A DNA stretch of 64,000 nt from Clostridiales bacterium (GCA_024681215.1 JAILBG010000132.1:856-64855), one strand, 5' to 3'; shown: positions 1 to 10,056, counted from the stretch's first letter. The notes: a model not told the origin generated them from the sequence alone. Translations and numbers: made by a program.

Positions 1-1917
1 CGCAAGGAAGCCAAGAACGCGTCAAAGATCTTCCTGGCCACGGACCCTGACCGGGAGGGCGAGGCCATCTCCTGGCATCTGGCCCAGACCCTGGATATGG
101 ACGTGACGGCCCCCTGCCGCATCGAATTCCACGAGATCACGCAGAAGGCAGTCCAGGCCGCGCTGCAGCATCCCCGGGCCATTGACCTGAACCGGGTGGA
201 CGCCCAGCAGGCCCGCCGGGCCCTGGATCGGCTGGTGGGCTACAAGATCAGCCCGCTGCTGTGGGCCAAGGTGAAAAAGGGCCTGTCCGCCGGACGGGTG
301 CAGAGCGTGGCCACCCGCCTGGTGGTGGACCGGGAGCAGGACATCGAGGATTTCATCCCCGAGGAATTCTGGGACGTGAGCGTGAACGCCCTGCTGCCCA
401 GCGCCCGGGGACGGAAGACCACCTTCGCCCTGCACCTGCAGACCCTGGACGGCCAGAAGGCCGAGCTGCATAACGAGCAGGAGGCCCTGGAAGCCCGCCG
501 CCGGGTGGAAAACGCCCGCTTCGCCGTGTACGGCGTCAAATACGGGGAAAAACGCAAGCTGCCCGCGCCCCCCTTCACCACCTCCTCCCTGCAGCAGGAG
601 GCGGGCCGCAAGCTGAATTTCACCACCCAGAAAACCATGCAGGTGGTGCAGCAGCTCTACGAAGGGGTGGACCTGGAAAACGAGGGCACCCAGGGCATCG
701 TCACCTACATCCGCACCGACAGCGTGCGTATTTCCGACGAGGCTCTTTCCGCCGTCCGCGCCTATATCCCGGAGCGGTTCGGCGAGCAGTATCTGCCCGA
801 AGTCCCCAACGAATTCAAGGGCCGCCGCAACGCCCAGGACGCCCATGAGGCCATCCGCCCCACGGACGTGATGCGCACCCCCGAATCCATCAAATCCTCC
901 CTGACGAAGGAGCAGTTCCAGCTCTACCGCCTCATTTATTCCCGCTTCCTGGCCAGCCAGATGAAGCCCGCCCTTTACGATACCATGACCATGGACGTCT
1001 GCGGCGACGGCGTGGGGCTGCGCTTCTACGGCGAGCACAAGCGCTTCGCCGGGTTCACCAGCGTATACGAGGAAAGCACGGACGAGGTGCAGGAAGCCGC
1101 GGAAACCACCCTGCCGCCCTTCAAGGAAGGCGACCCCGTCACCGTGGAATCCGTGGACGCGCAGCAGCATTTCACCCAGCCCCCCGCCCGCTATACCGAG
1201 GCCAGCCTGGTCAAGACTCTGGAAGAAAAGGGCATCGGCCGGCCCTCCACCTACGCCCCCACCATCACCACCATCATCGCCCGGGGCTACGTGATGCGGG
1301 AAAACAAGCGCCTCTTCCCCACGGAGCTGGGCAGGATGATCACCGCCATGATGACCGAGTATTTCGGCCCCATCATGGATACCGAATTCACCGCCGGGCT
1401 GGAGGATCAGCTGGACGAGGTGGAGGAAGGCAAGGAAAACTGGCATCAGGTGCTGCGGGATTTCTACCCGCCCTTTGAAAAGATGCTGGTCAGCGCCGAG
1501 GAGCAGATCGAAAAGGTGGAGATCAAGGACGAGCCCAGCGACGTGATCTGCGATAAATGCGGCGCCCAGATGGTCTACCGGGTGGGGCGCTTCGGCCGCT
1601 TCCTGGCCTGCCCCAATTTCCCGGACTGCCGCAATACCAAGCCCATCCTGAACTACATCGACGCCAAATGCCCCCAGTGCGGCGGGCGGCTGCTGGAAAA
1701 GACCAGCCGGAAGATGCGCAAGTTCTACGGCTGCGAGCATTATCCCGAGTGCGATTTCGTGTCCTGGGAAATGCCCGTCAACGAAAAATGCGAGAAGTGC
1801 GGCAGCTACATGACGCTCAAGCGCTCCCGCAAGGGTGAAGTCTGGCACATGTGCAGCAATGAAAAGTGCCGCCACCGGGTGGAGGTCAAGGGCCCGGAAG
1901 GCGGGGAGGAAGCATGA
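1..1917 (+). CDS. topA: DNA topoisomerase I (5' end outside window)
   Basis: Frame 1 is open from nt 1. The first residues, ..[17 protein letters not shown], carry the Toprim DxD motif. A long type IA core follows, then three C-terminal Cys4 zinc-ribbon repeats ([35 protein letters not shown]). Confidence 0.95.
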   Translation, partial: RKEAKNASKIFLATDPDREGEAISWHLAQTLDMDVTAPCRIEFHEITQKAVQAALQHPRAIDLNRVDAQQARRALDRLVGYKISPLLWAKVKKGLSAGRVQSVATRLVVDREQDIEDFIPEEFWDVSVNALLPSARGRKTTFALHLQTLDGQKAELHNEQEALEARRRVENARFAVYGVKYGEKRKLPAPPFTTSSLQQEAGRKLNFTTQKTMQVVQQLYEGVDLENEGTQGIVTYIRTDSVRISDEALSAVRAYIPERFGEQYLPEVPNEFKGRRNAQDAHEAIRPTDVMRTPESIKSSLTKEQFQLYRLIYSRFLASQMKPALYDTMTMDVCGDGVGLRFYGEHKRFAGFTSVYEESTDEVQEAAETTLPPFKEGDPVTVESVDAQQHFTQPPARYTEASLVKTLEEKGIGRPSTYAPTITTIIARGYVMRENKRLFPTELGRMITAMMTEYFGPIMDTEFTAGLEDQLDEVEEGKENWHQVLRDFYPPFEKMLVSAEEQIEKVEIKDEPSDVICDKCGAQMVYRVGRFGRFLACPNFPDCRNTKPILNYIDAKCPQCGGRLLEKTSRKMRKFYGCEHYPECDFVSWEMPVNEKCEKCGSYMTLKRSRKGEVWHMCSNEKCRHRVEVKGPEGGEEA

Positions 1918-3212
1918 AAATCACCGTGGTGGGCGCGGGACTGGCGGGCTGCGAGGCCGCCTGGCAGATCGCAAAGCGCGGCGTCCCCGTCGCCCTGATC
2001 GAGCAGAAGCCCCGGCACATGAGCCCGGCCCATCATTCCCCCCTGTTCGCGGAGCTGGTGTGCTCCAATTCCCTGCGGTCCGACAGGACGGTGAACGCCG
2101 TGGGGCTGCTGAAGGAAGAAATGCGGCGGATGGATTCCCTGGTGCTCCGGGCGGCGGACCGGGCGCGGGTGCCAGCCGGGGGCGCTCTGGCGGTGGACCG
2201 GGAGCAGTTTTCCGCTTTCATTACGGACGCCCTGCGCAGCCATCCCCTGGTGACGGTGGAGGAAAAGGAAGCCACGCAGATTCCCGACGGCCCCGCCGTG
2301 ATCGCCACCGGGCCGCTGACCTCGGACGCCATGGCGGCGGCCATTTCCGCGATGCCCGAAGTGCGCACCCTGAATTTTTACGACGCCGCCGCCCCCATCG
2401 TCACCGCGGAATCCCTGGATATGAGCAAGGTTTACCGCGCTTCCCGCTATGGCCGGGGGGACGATTACCTGAACTGCCCCCTGTCCGAAGGGGAATACCA
2501 CGCCTTCGTGGACGCGCTGCTCTCCGCGGAGACCGCCCCGGTCCACGGCTTTGAGGAAACGAAGGTGTTCGAGGGCTGCATGCCGGTGGAATCCATGGCC
2601 AGGCGCGGGCGCATGGTGCTGGCCTTCGGGCCGCTCAAGCCCGTGGGCCTGCCCGATCCCCGCACCGGGCGAGAGCCCTTCGCCGTGGTGCAGCTGCGCC
2701 AGGACGACGCCGCCGGGACGCTGTATAACCTGGTGGGGTTCCAGACCCGGCTGAAATTCCCGGAGCAGAAGCGGGTGTTCGGCCTGATCCCGGGCCTTCA
2801 GCACGCGGAATTCGCCCGCTTCGGCGTCATGCACCGCAACACCTTCCTCAACAGCCCCGGCCTGCTGGATCATCACTATCAGATGATCGCCCGGCCCGGC
2901 CTGTACTTTGCCGGGCAGATGACCGGGGTGGAGGGCTATGTGGAGTCCGCCGCCAGCGGGCTGGTGGCGGGCGTCTGCGCCGCATTGCAGCAGCTGGGCC
3001 GGGAATCGCCCGATTTTCCCCGCGCCACCGCCCTGGGCGCCCTGGCGCATTACGTGGCTGCGGACAACCGGAATTTCCAGCCCATGAACGTCACCTTCGG
3101 CATCATGGAGGGATGGCCGGACCGGGTGCGGGGCGGCAAGCAGGCAAAATACGAAAAAATCGCCCAGCGGGCGCTGGAAACCGTTGAAATGCTGAAGCGG
3201 CAGATCAACTGA
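1914..3212 (+). CDS. trmFO: Methylenetetrahydrofolate--tRNA-(uracil-5-)-methyltransferase TrmFO (Gid)
   Basis: N-terminal FAD Rossmann motif [17 protein letters not shown]. 432 aa. Sits directly after topA as in Firmicutes. The ATG at 1914 overlaps the topA stop (ATGA). Confidence 0.9.
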   Translation: MKITVVGAGLAGCEAAWQIAKRGVPVALIEQKPRHMSPAHHSPLFAELVCSNSLRSDRTVNAVGLLKEEMRRMDSLVLRAADRARVPAGGALAVDREQFSAFITDALRSHPLVTVEEKEATQIPDGPAVIATGPLTSDAMAAAISAMPEVRTLNFYDAAAPIVTAESLDMSKVYRASRYGRGDDYLNCPLSEGEYHAFVDALLSAETAPVHGFEETKVFEGCMPVESMARRGRMVLAFGPLKPVGLPDPRTGREPFAVVQLRQDDAAGTLYNLVGFQTRLKFPEQKRVFGLIPGLQHAEFARFGVMHRNTFLNSPGLLDHHYQMIARPGLYFAGQMTGVEGYVESAASGLVAGVCAALQQLGRESPDFPRATALGALAHYVAADNRNFQPMNVTFGIMEGWPDRVRGGKQAKYEKIAQRALETVEMLKRQIN

Positions 3213-3233
3213 ACCGATACGGAGGATACGCAC

Positions 3234-3767
3234 ATGACCATGAAGGGAACCACCATCTGCGCCGTCAGAAAGGACGGCCACATCGCCATCGCCGGGGACG
3301 GCCAGGTGACCATGGGCGAACACACCATTTTCAAGGGCACCGCGAAAAAGGTGCGCCGGATCTACAACGATTCGGTGGTAACGGGCTTCGCCGGGTCCGT
3401 GGCGGACGCGTTCACCCTGTGCGAACGGTTTGAGGACAAGCTGACCCAGTGCGGCGGCAACCTGGAGCGCGCCGCCGTAATGCTGGCCCAGGACTGGCGG
3501 GGCGACAAGGGGCTGCGCCAGCTGGAAGCCATGCTGATCGTGGCGGACAAAAACGGCATGCTGATCGTCAGCGGCACCGGCGAGGTCATCGATCCGGACG
3601 ACGGCGTGGCGGCCATCGGTTCCGGCGGCAATTACGCCCTGGCCGCGGCCCGGGCCCTTGTGCAGAACACCGATCTGTCCGCCAGGGAGATCGCGGAAAA
3701 GGCGCTGCACATCGCCGCCTCCATCTGCGTTTACACCAACGACAACATCATCGTGGAGGAGGTGTGA
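3234..3767 (+). CDS. hslV: ATP-dependent protease subunit HslV (ClpQ)
   Basis: N-terminus [15 protein letters not shown].. carries the catalytic Thr of the HslV/proteasome beta fold. 177 aa. Immediately upstream of hslU. Confidence 0.92.
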   Translation: MTMKGTTICAVRKDGHIAIAGDGQVTMGEHTIFKGTAKKVRRIYNDSVVTGFAGSVADAFTLCERFEDKLTQCGGNLERAAVMLAQDWRGDKGLRQLEAMLIVADKNGMLIVSGTGEVIDPDDGVAAIGSGGNYALAAARALVQNTDLSAREIAEKALHIAASICVYTNDNIIVEEV

Positions 3768-3770
3768 TCC

Positions 3771-5174
3771 ATGAGCGAAATGAAAACGCTGCAATCGGCG
3801 AGGCACGCCGAGCTGACCCCCCGGGAAGTGGTGCGGGAGCTGGACCGCTACATCATCGGCCAGGATGAGGCCAAGCGCGCCGTGGCCATCGCCCTGCGCA
3901 ACCGCTACCGCCGCAGCCAGCTGCCGGAAAAGATGCGGGAGGAGATCTATCCCAAAAATATCCTGATGATCGGCCCCACAGGCTGCGGAAAGACCGAGAT
4001 CGCCCGCCGCCTGGCCAAGCTGGTGAACGCCCCCTTCATCAAGGTGGAGGCCACCAAATTCACAGAAGTCGGCTACGTGGGCCGGGATGTGGAATCCATC
4101 ATCCGGGACCTGATGGAGAACGCCGTGCGCATGGTGAAGGACGAGCACGCCGCCCGGGTGCGCACCCGCGCCCAGGTGCTGGCGGAAGACCGGCTGGTAT
4201 CGCTGCTGATCCATCCGGCCAAGAAAGCCAATCCGAACGCGAACCCCCTGGATTTCATCCTGGGCAAGAAAACCGAGCCCGAGCCCTCCGAGGAAGAAAA
4301 GACCGAGATCAGCCGCCGGCGCGAGGAGGTGCGGCAGCAGCTGCGCTCCGGCGCGCTGGAAAACCACGAGATCGAAGTGGAGGTGGAGGAGGCCGCCCCG
4401 CAGCTGGAGGTGGGCGGCGCGTCCATCAGCATCGGGGATATGATGGGGGGCCTGATGCCCAAGCGCAAAAAGCTGCGGCATGTGAAGATCAAAGAAGCCC
4501 GGGAGATCCTGACCCAGGAGGAATCCCAAAAGCTCATCGACGAGGACGCGGTCAAGGAGGAAGCCCTCCGGCGCTGCGAGCAGAGCGGCATCGTGTTCCT
4601 GGACGAGATCGACAAGATCGCCGGCCGGGGCGGCACGGGCCACGGGCCGGACGTGAGCCGGGAAGGCGTGCAGCGGGATATCCTGCCCATCGTGGAGGGC
4701 AGCACCGTCAATACCAAGTACGGCCCCGTCCGCACGGATTTCATGCTGTTCATCGGCGCCGGCGCCTTCCACGTGGCGAAGGTGACGGATCTGATCCCCG
4801 AACTGCAGGGCCGCTTCCCCGTGCACGTGAACCTGAAATCACTCACCCAGGAGGATTTCGTGGCCATCCTGACGAAAACGGACAACGCCGTTACCCGCCA
4901 GTACGCCGCGCTCCTGGAAGTGGACAAGGTGCACCTGACCTTCGAGGAGGATGCCCTGAAGGAGATCGCCCGCATCGCCATGCTTTCCAACGAGGCCGGC
5001 GAGGACATCGGCGCCCGGCGGCTCCACGCGGTGTTTGAGGAGCTGCTGGAGGACGTTTCCTTCAACGCCGGCGGCGACAGCATGCCCGACGTATACCTGG
5101 CCATCACCGCCGATTACGTGAAGGAGCATCTCAAGGCCGCCAAAGAGCTGGATATGCGCCGGTACATTCTGTAA
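3771..5174 (+). CDS. hslU: ATP-dependent protease ATPase subunit HslU (ClpY)
   Basis: Walker A GPTGCGKTEIARRLA, conserved IIGQDEAKRAVAIALRNRYRR, and an I-domain insertion. 467 aa. Confidence 0.95.
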   Translation: MSEMKTLQSARHAELTPREVVRELDRYIIGQDEAKRAVAIALRNRYRRSQLPEKMREEIYPKNILMIGPTGCGKTEIARRLAKLVNAPFIKVEATKFTEVGYVGRDVESIIRDLMENAVRMVKDEHAARVRTRAQVLAEDRLVSLLIHPAKKANPNANPLDFILGKKTEPEPSEEEKTEISRRREEVRQQLRSGALENHEIEVEVEEAAPQLEVGGASISIGDMMGGLMPKRKKLRHVKIKEAREILTQEESQKLIDEDAVKEEALRRCEQSGIVFLDEIDKIAGRGGTGHGPDVSREGVQRDILPIVEGSTVNTKYGPVRTDFMLFIGAGAFHVAKVTDLIPELQGRFPVHVNLKSLTQEDFVAILTKTDNAVTRQYAALLEVDKVHLTFEEDALKEIARIAMLSNEAGEDIGARRLHAVFEELLEDVSFNAGGDSMPDVYLAITADYVKEHLKAAKELDMRRYIL

Positions 5175-5192
5175 AAAGAGGGGGGCTTATCA

Positions 5193-5864
5193 ATGCCATT
5201 GACCATCGCCATCGACGGGCCCGTGGGCGCGGGCAAATCCACCATTTCCGACGTGGTGGCAAAACGCCTGGGCATCCTGCATCTGGATACCGGCGCCATG
5301 TACCGGGCCGTAGGGCTGTATATGCTGGATCACCAGGTGGATATCCGGGATGAAAAGGCCGTATCCGGCCTGTGCGAACAGGGGCTGGTGCAGGTGGACG
5401 CCCGGTACGAGGGCGACGCCCAGCGCACGCTGCTCAACGGGCAGGACGTGACGGCCCGCCTCCGCACCCAGGAAGTGGGCGGCGCGGCGTCGGCGGTATC
5501 CCGCTATCCGGCGGTGCGCCGGATGCTGGTGCGCCGGCAGCAGGAAATGGCCCGGCAGCAGCCCATGCTGCTGGACGGCCGGGACATCGGCACCGTGGTG
5601 CTCAAAGACGCCACGGTGAAGATATACCTCACCGCCTCCCCCGAGGCCCGGGCGAAGCGCCGCATGCTGCAGCTGCGGGAAAAGGGCGATCAGACGCCGT
5701 TTGAGGAGATCCTTGAGGAGGTCAACGCCCGGGACTGGCAGGACATGCACCGGGAAACCGATCCCCTGCGCCAGGCGGAGGACGCCGTGCTGGTGGATTC
5801 CTCCGATCTGGACTTTGACGAAACGGTGAACGCCATTCTTTCCTTGGTGGAGGCAAAGCAATGA
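5193..5864 (+). CDS. cmk: Cytidylate kinase
   Basis: P-loop IAIDGPVGAGKST and typical DTGAMYRA and DGRDIGTVV motifs. RBS AGAGGGGGG upstream. Confidence 0.9.
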   Translation: MPLTIAIDGPVGAGKSTISDVVAKRLGILHLDTGAMYRAVGLYMLDHQVDIRDEKAVSGLCEQGLVQVDARYEGDAQRTLLNGQDVTARLRTQEVGGAASAVSRYPAVRRMLVRRQQEMARQQPMLLDGRDIGTVVLKDATVKIYLTASPEARAKRRMLQLREKGDQTPFEEILEEVNARDWQDMHRETDPLRQAEDAVLVDSSDLDFDETVNAILSLVEAKQ

Positions 5865-6523
5865 GCACGGCGGAAAACAAGAAAACGGAAAAAAAGCCCG
5901 TATCTCCCGAAAAGGAGCGCACGTTCTTCTATACCGCGGCCCGCTTTCTGGCGGCGGTATTGTTCGACGTGCTGTTCCCCCTGCGGTATCACAACACGGA
6001 AAGGTATCAGCTCGACGCGCCCTTCATCGCCATGTCCAACCATCAGACCTGGCTGGACCCCCTGATCCTGGCCAAGCCCTGCAAAAAATACGAGCTGCGG
6101 TTCGTGGGCAAAAAGGAACTGGTGAAGAACAGGTTCGCCAAATGGGTGCTGGGCAAAATGCACATGATCACCGTGGACCGGCACAATACCGATATGGCCG
6201 CCATGCGCCAGATCAGCCGGGTGCTCAAGGACGGCTACGTGCTGGGCATCTTCCCCGAGGGCACCCGCCATTTGCCGGACCTGATGAGCGAGATCGAATC
6301 CGGCACCGCTTTCATGGCCCTGCGGGCCAACGTGCCGCTGCTGCCGGTGTTCATCGACGGGAAGCCCAGATTCCTGCGCCTGCGCCACGTGTACGTGGGC
6401 GAGCCCATCGATATTTCCGATCTGAGGGAGCAGGGCTACGACGCCGCGGTGGTGGAGCAGGTGAACGAGCGCATCCGCTCCACCTTCCTGGCCATGCGCG
6501 CCCAGGCCCACGGCGAAAAATAA
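5861..6523 (+). CDS. plsC: 1-acyl-sn-glycerol-3-phosphate acyltransferase family protein
   Basis: HxxxxD acyltransferase motif (SNHQTWLDP) and FPEGTR motif. The ATG overlaps the cmk stop (ATGA). Confidence 0.8.
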   Translation: MSTAENKKTEKKPVSPEKERTFFYTAARFLAAVLFDVLFPLRYHNTERYQLDAPFIAMSNHQTWLDPLILAKPCKKYELRFVGKKELVKNRFAKWVLGKMHMITVDRHNTDMAAMRQISRVLKDGYVLGIFPEGTRHLPDLMSEIESGTAFMALRANVPLLPVFIDGKPRFLRLRHVYVGEPIDISDLREQGYDAAVVEQVNERIRSTFLAMRAQAHGEK

Positions 6524-6533
6524 AGGAGGCCCC

Positions 6534-7010
6534 ATGGCATATTCGATCCGCCGGGCGGCCCGGGCCGATATCCCCCGGCTGCTGGAGCTGCTCACGCAGG
6601 TGGACATGGTGCACCATCGGGTCCGGCCCGATCTGTTCCGCGGCCCGGCCACCAAGTATTCCGCCGCGGAGCTGGAGCACCTGCTCCGGGACGACGCCCA
6701 CGCGGTTTTCGTCTGCACGGAGGAGGACGGCCGGGTGCTGGGCCACGCCTTCTTCGAATTCCGTCAGATCACGGATTCCGCGGTGCTTGCTCCCGTGCGC
6801 ACCCTGTATATCGACGATATCTGCGTGGACGAAGCCTGCCGCGGCCGGGGCGCAGGCAAGGCGCTGTACCGCGCCGCCCTCGCCCTCGCCCGGGAAACGG
6901 GCTGCCATAACGTGACGCTGAACGTATGGGCCTTCAACGAAAGCGCCCTGCGCTTCTACGAATCCTGCGGCATGAAGCCCCAGAAGATCGGCATGGAAAC
7001 GGTTTTATAA
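6534..7010 (+). CDS. GNAT family N-acetyltransferase
   Basis: Acetyl-CoA binding signature VDEACRGRGAGKALY. 158 aa. RBS AAAGGAGG 5 nt upstream. Confidence 0.75.
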   Translation: MAYSIRRAARADIPRLLELLTQVDMVHHRVRPDLFRGPATKYSAAELEHLLRDDAHAVFVCTEEDGRVLGHAFFEFRQITDSAVLAPVRTLYIDDICVDEACRGRGAGKALYRAALALARETGCHNVTLNVWAFNESALRFYESCGMKPQKIGMETVL

Positions 7011-7015
7011 TTCAT

Positions 7016-7059
7016 GTGGGGGGAACCGCTCTTTGGAGCCAAAGAGCGGTTCCCCCCAC
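7016..7059. repeat. 44-nt perfect palindrome (about 19-21 bp stem)
   Basis: GTGGGGGGAACCGCTCTTTGG-AG-CCAAAGAGCGGTTCCCCCCAC, read directly. It lies 6 nt after the GNAT stop and has no T-run after it. Confidence 0.85.
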
Positions 7060-7060
7060 A

Positions 7061-7096
7061 CCCCCTTCCGAGAAAGCATTCTGGGAGGGGGTTTTT
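7061..7096 (+). terminator. Rho-independent terminator after the GNAT gene
   Basis: Imperfect GC stem CCCCCTTCCGAG..CTGGGAGGGGG followed by TTTTTA. Confidence 0.6.
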
Positions 7097-7403
7097 ATGG
7101 TATCATACTGATTTTCGTCGGAGAGCTTCTTGGTAAAGGACGAAATGAGAATAAAGCGCCGTTTCCGGGCTGTGCGCAAAGCGCACAGTAAAAGCCGGGC
7201 AGCAGATCGAAAATGAATTCATTCATTTTCCGGTCTGCCGTCCGGCTTTTCTTTACCCGGAAGCTCGCTTGGCGTTTTTTCGCGCTTCAGGCGCATATTT
7301 TTTGTTTCTTTGTTCAAGCCGGTTCGCCGGAATGGGTCCAGGGTGCGATGCACCCTGGCGCGGGTTTCAGGGCCGCGGAGGCCCTGACAATCCTCCCTCG
7401 GTC

Positions 7404-7964
7404 TCAGGCTTTTTCCGTTCCGTCGGGGTTGAACAGGGGCAGCTTCTCCAGGTAGATGATGTCGTCCCGTTCGGTGGCGTCGCCCTCGGCCAGGATGGCC
7501 ATTTTGCCCACGATGTTGCCCCCCGCCTGCTTCACCAGCTCCTCCACGGCCCGGAGGGATTCGCCGGTGGAGATCACGTCGTCCACGATCAGCACCCGGC
7601 GGCCGCGCATGAAGTCCGCGTCCTCCTGGTCGATGCACAGGGTCTGCTCCTTGGCGGTGGTGATGGAATTCACCTTCACGGTGAACACGTTCTTCATATA
7701 CAGCTTGGGCACCTTCCGAGCGATCAGATACCGGTTGGTGCCGGCCTGGCGGGCCATTTCATAGGCCAGGGGGATGCCCTTCGCCTCGGCGGTGATCAGG
7801 ATGTCGTATTCCGGCGCCTTTTTCAGCAGTTCCCGGGCGCAGGCCTGCGTCAGCTCCACGTCCCCGAAAATCACGAAGCCGGCGATATACAGTTCGTCGT
7901 TCACCCGGCACAATGTCAGATCCCTCTTCAGCCCCGCCACATGCAAAGGATACGTCATGCTCAT
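7404..7964 (-). CDS. Purine (adenine/xanthine-type) phosphoribosyltransferase family protein
   Basis: PRPP-binding loop VLIVDDVISTGESL. The ORF-track start at 7985 is a TTG. The ATG at 7964 (MSMTYPL..) follows a purine-rich RBS. The exact start is uncertain (7958/7964/7985). Confidence 0.7.
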   Translation of the reverse strand: MSMTYPLHVAGLKRDLTLCRVNDELYIAGFVIFGDVELTQACARELLKKAPEYDILITAEAKGIPLAYEMARQAGTNRYLIARKVPKLYMKNVFTVKVNSITTAKEQTLCIDQEDADFMRGRRVLIVDDVISTGESLRAVEELVKQAGGNIVGKMAILAEGDATERDDIIYLEKLPLFNPDGTEKA

Positions 7965-8015
7965 TGCTTCTCGCTTCTTTCCCAATTTTATTGTAACAGT
8001 TCGTTACCGTTTATT

Positions 8016-8999
8016 TTAACAGGCCGGCGCCTGTTTTGTCAACCTGTTCCCCCGGGACAGCACCATCCGCCCCGCCGCGATGCCGAAGGCGACGCTGCAC
8101 AGCGCCATGGCCAAGTAAATGGCCCACACCGGCATCCAGGTCAGGATCTTGCCGTCCGCGGCGAATTCCAGGGCGATCACCACCCCGGCGCACAGCAGCG
8201 CCACGGCCCAGCATACGATGATCCCGGTTTTTTTCATGCCGGGGTTATGCCGCTTCTTTGCCCATTTCACCGTGGCTGCGATCATCAGCCCGGCAATCAC
8301 CAGGGCAGAGAGCAGCTGCGCCACGCGGATAAAGAAGATCAGCCGCAGGTATTCGTCCCGCCGCAGCCCTTCCAGGGTGATCTGGGCGGCACAGTACAGG
8401 ATCAGGAACAGCTTCGCCCTTTCGCCGCCGGTGCGCCGGCTGGTCAGAAGGATCACCAGCATCATCAGCGCCCACAGCCCCTCCAGCACGAAAACGGCCC
8501 AGTACCATTCCTCATACTCGTTGACCACCGCGAAGGGGAAGCGCATGAAGGTATCGTCCAGCACATCCAGGCCGTACCCGTCGCCGCTCAGGTATTCCGC
8601 AAAGCGGCACAGGGCGATGGTCAGCGCCGCGGGGGCGGCCATGGCGTCCAGCACCGATCCGGTCTTCTGCCGGGTGAGCCGGGCGGTGAGCCACCCCGCC
8701 AGCGCGCAGCCGGCCACGGCGCCCAGCAGCATGAATTCCCCTTCCCCGGGGCGGAGCACATTCTCCAGCCCGATTTCCAGGTAATGCCGGATGCGCACCA
8801 GGCAATAGCCCAGCCGCGCGGCCCGGGGACCCAGCAGCAGGCAGAACGCCGCGCACAGCGCCGCGGTGCCGCCCTTGAGGCCGTCCCGGCGGCACACCAG
8901 CGCCAGCACCGCAATCCCCATGGCCAGGGCCAGCAGCACGCTCAGGGCGTAGGGCGTCACCTGAAGGCCAAGCAGTTCAAACATCGGTTCGTTGCTCAT
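8016..8999 (-). CDS. lgt: Prolipoprotein diacylglyceryl transferase-like membrane protein
   Basis: Polytopic membrane protein with Lgt-like segments (..VFVLEGLWALMMLVILL.. and ..LFLILYCAAQITLEGLRRDE..). The ATG at 8999 is 6 nt after GGAG, so it is preferred over 9005. Confidence 0.6.
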   Translation of the reverse strand: MSNEPMFELLGLQVTPYALSVLLALAMGIAVLALVCRRDGLKGGTAALCAAFCLLLGPRAARLGYCLVRIRHYLEIGLENVLRPGEGEFMLLGAVAGCALAGWLTARLTRQKTGSVLDAMAAPAALTIALCRFAEYLSGDGYGLDVLDDTFMRFPFAVVNEYEEWYWAVFVLEGLWALMMLVILLTSRRTGGERAKLFLILYCAAQITLEGLRRDEYLRLIFFIRVAQLLSALVIAGLMIAATVKWAKKRHNPGMKKTGIIVCWAVALLCAGVVIALEFAADGKILTWMPVWAIYLAMALCSVAFGIAAGRMVLSRGNRLTKQAPAC

Positions 9000-9010
9000 G
9001 GGCATCTCCG

Positions 9011-9946
9011 TTATTCCACATACGCGCTGGCAAAGAACAGGATATCCCGGATGGGCCGGTTCTTGTTGGTGTCCTTTTCCATGGCGTTGATTTTCACATG
9101 GCTGAAATTCTTTTTTCCGGAGGTTTCTTTCTGGAGGAACACCATCTGCGCCGAGGAGCCGCCGTCCAGGGTGTAGGCGTTCTGCACGCCCTCGAAGGAG
9201 GCCACCAGCTGGGAAAATTCATCCAGCGTCATGCCCTTGGAGCCGGGATCGTCCGGCCCTTCGCAGCAAACGCACAGGTATTCCAGCTTGCCCACCTGGG
9301 CCACGCACATGCGCTGGGTTTTCTTGTTGGGGCCGTCGTCCATGTTCTGGTATTCGGTGCGGCGCACGCCGTTGATCACCAGGCCCGGGCCGAAGGTATA
9401 GGCGTTCATCACCGTGCCCTCAAAGGCGTCCACGTCCGCGGGCTTCGCGGCGGGCAGGATGGTGAAATCCCCCTGGTCGTCGATGATGAGGATGTCCGGC
9501 ATCCGGTCGTCCACCAGGGGCTTGATGTTCCGGCGGTATTCCACGCCCTGGCGCACCACAAAGCCGATGGGCGTGTTGCTGCCCAGGCGGCGTTCGCAGA
9601 AATCCCCGTCGATGGCCAGCACGGCGTTCACGCGCCCCGCCATGATGTAGCCCGGCTTCGTCACCGTGCTGTAAAAATCGTCCAGCACGTAGGACCGGAT
9701 CTGGGTGGCGTTGGCGATTTTGATATGCGCCGCGAAATATTTGGAATCAAACATTTTCCCCGTTTCGATCCGGACGGAGATGGAGGGGTCCTCGTACGTC
9801 ATTTCGTCCACCAGGCCGTCCTTGCGCGGCTCCGGGCATTTGATCACGTCCGGCGCGATTTCAATGATATCCGCCAGCGCCGCGGCGGGCAGAAGCAGGG
9901 TCAGCATCAGCGTCAGGCTCAGCATGATCCGCAGGGCTTTTTTCAT
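9011..9946 (-). CDS. Secreted phosphodiester glycosidase (NAGPA-domain) family protein
   Basis: Signal peptide MKKALRIMLSLTLMLTLLLPAAALA. C-terminal ..GMTLDEFSQLVASFEGVQNAYTLDGGSSAQMVF is typical of the phosphodiester glycosidase domain. Confidence 0.7.
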   Translation of the reverse strand: MKKALRIMLSLTLMLTLLLPAAALADIIEIAPDVIKCPEPRKDGLVDEMTYEDPSISVRIETGKMFDSKYFAAHIKIANATQIRSYVLDDFYSTVTKPGYIMAGRVNAVLAIDGDFCERRLGSNTPIGFVVRQGVEYRRNIKPLVDDRMPDILIIDDQGDFTILPAAKPADVDAFEGTVMNAYTFGPGLVINGVRRTEYQNMDDGPNKKTQRMCVAQVGKLEYLCVCCEGPDDPGSKGMTLDEFSQLVASFEGVQNAYTLDGGSSAQMVFLQKETSGKKNFSHVKINAMEKDTNKNRPIRDILFFASAYVE

Positions 9947-9987
9947 CGGTACGCCTCCTTGTTCCAGGCGCTCAGGCGCCTGCTGAT

Positions 9988-10016
9988 ATTATATCGGTTA
10001 CCGCCAAGGATGTCAA
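9988..10016 (-). promoter_or_regulatory. Sigma-70/SigA-type promoter for the 9946 gene
   Basis: The minus strand reads TTGACA-17 nt-TATAAT (perfect consensus), about 40 nt upstream of the start codon. Confidence 0.65.
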
Positions 10017-10027
10017 TTCCCCGGGGC

Positions 10028-10056
10028 TTGTCCCGCCGGGGCAAACCTGATATAAT
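10028..10056 (+). promoter_or_regulatory. Sigma-70/SigA-type promoter for the metallophosphoesterase-argH unit
   Basis: TTGTCC-17 nt-TATAAT, about 30 nt upstream of the ATG at 10088. Confidence 0.6.

Noticed and set aside
1806-4826. 1006-aa ORF on the minus strand, antisense to trmFO/hslV/hslU. Similar giant ORFs occur elsewhere: 46940..51316 (+), 33644..36583 (+), 28958..31567 (+), 10013..11959 (-), 44911..46968 (-) and 36732..39020 (+).
   Set aside because: Each lies antisense to genes with strong family signatures. The translations are low-complexity and rich in G/A/R/H/P/Q/L/V, with no motifs and no RBS. This is the usual stop-codon depletion of GC-rich DNA, not coding sequence.
7100-7400. 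Possibility that the hairpin clusters (also 46930..47281) are a known housekeeping RNA: SRP/4.5S, 6S, tmRNA, RNase P, or tRNA.
   Set aside because: I could not find the SRP domain IV GGAAGCAGCC-type core, a tRNA-like GGTTCGAATCC T-arm with an acceptor/CCA end, or a single long 6S-like helix. The identity remains open rather than assigned.
7213-7638. Short ORFs in the convergent intergenic region (7213..7455 +, 7219..7638 -). Analogous ORFs lie in 46877..47421.
   Set aside because: They have no RBS, their composition is dictated by the palindromes, and they overlap terminator hairpins. They are treated as non-coding structured DNA/RNA.
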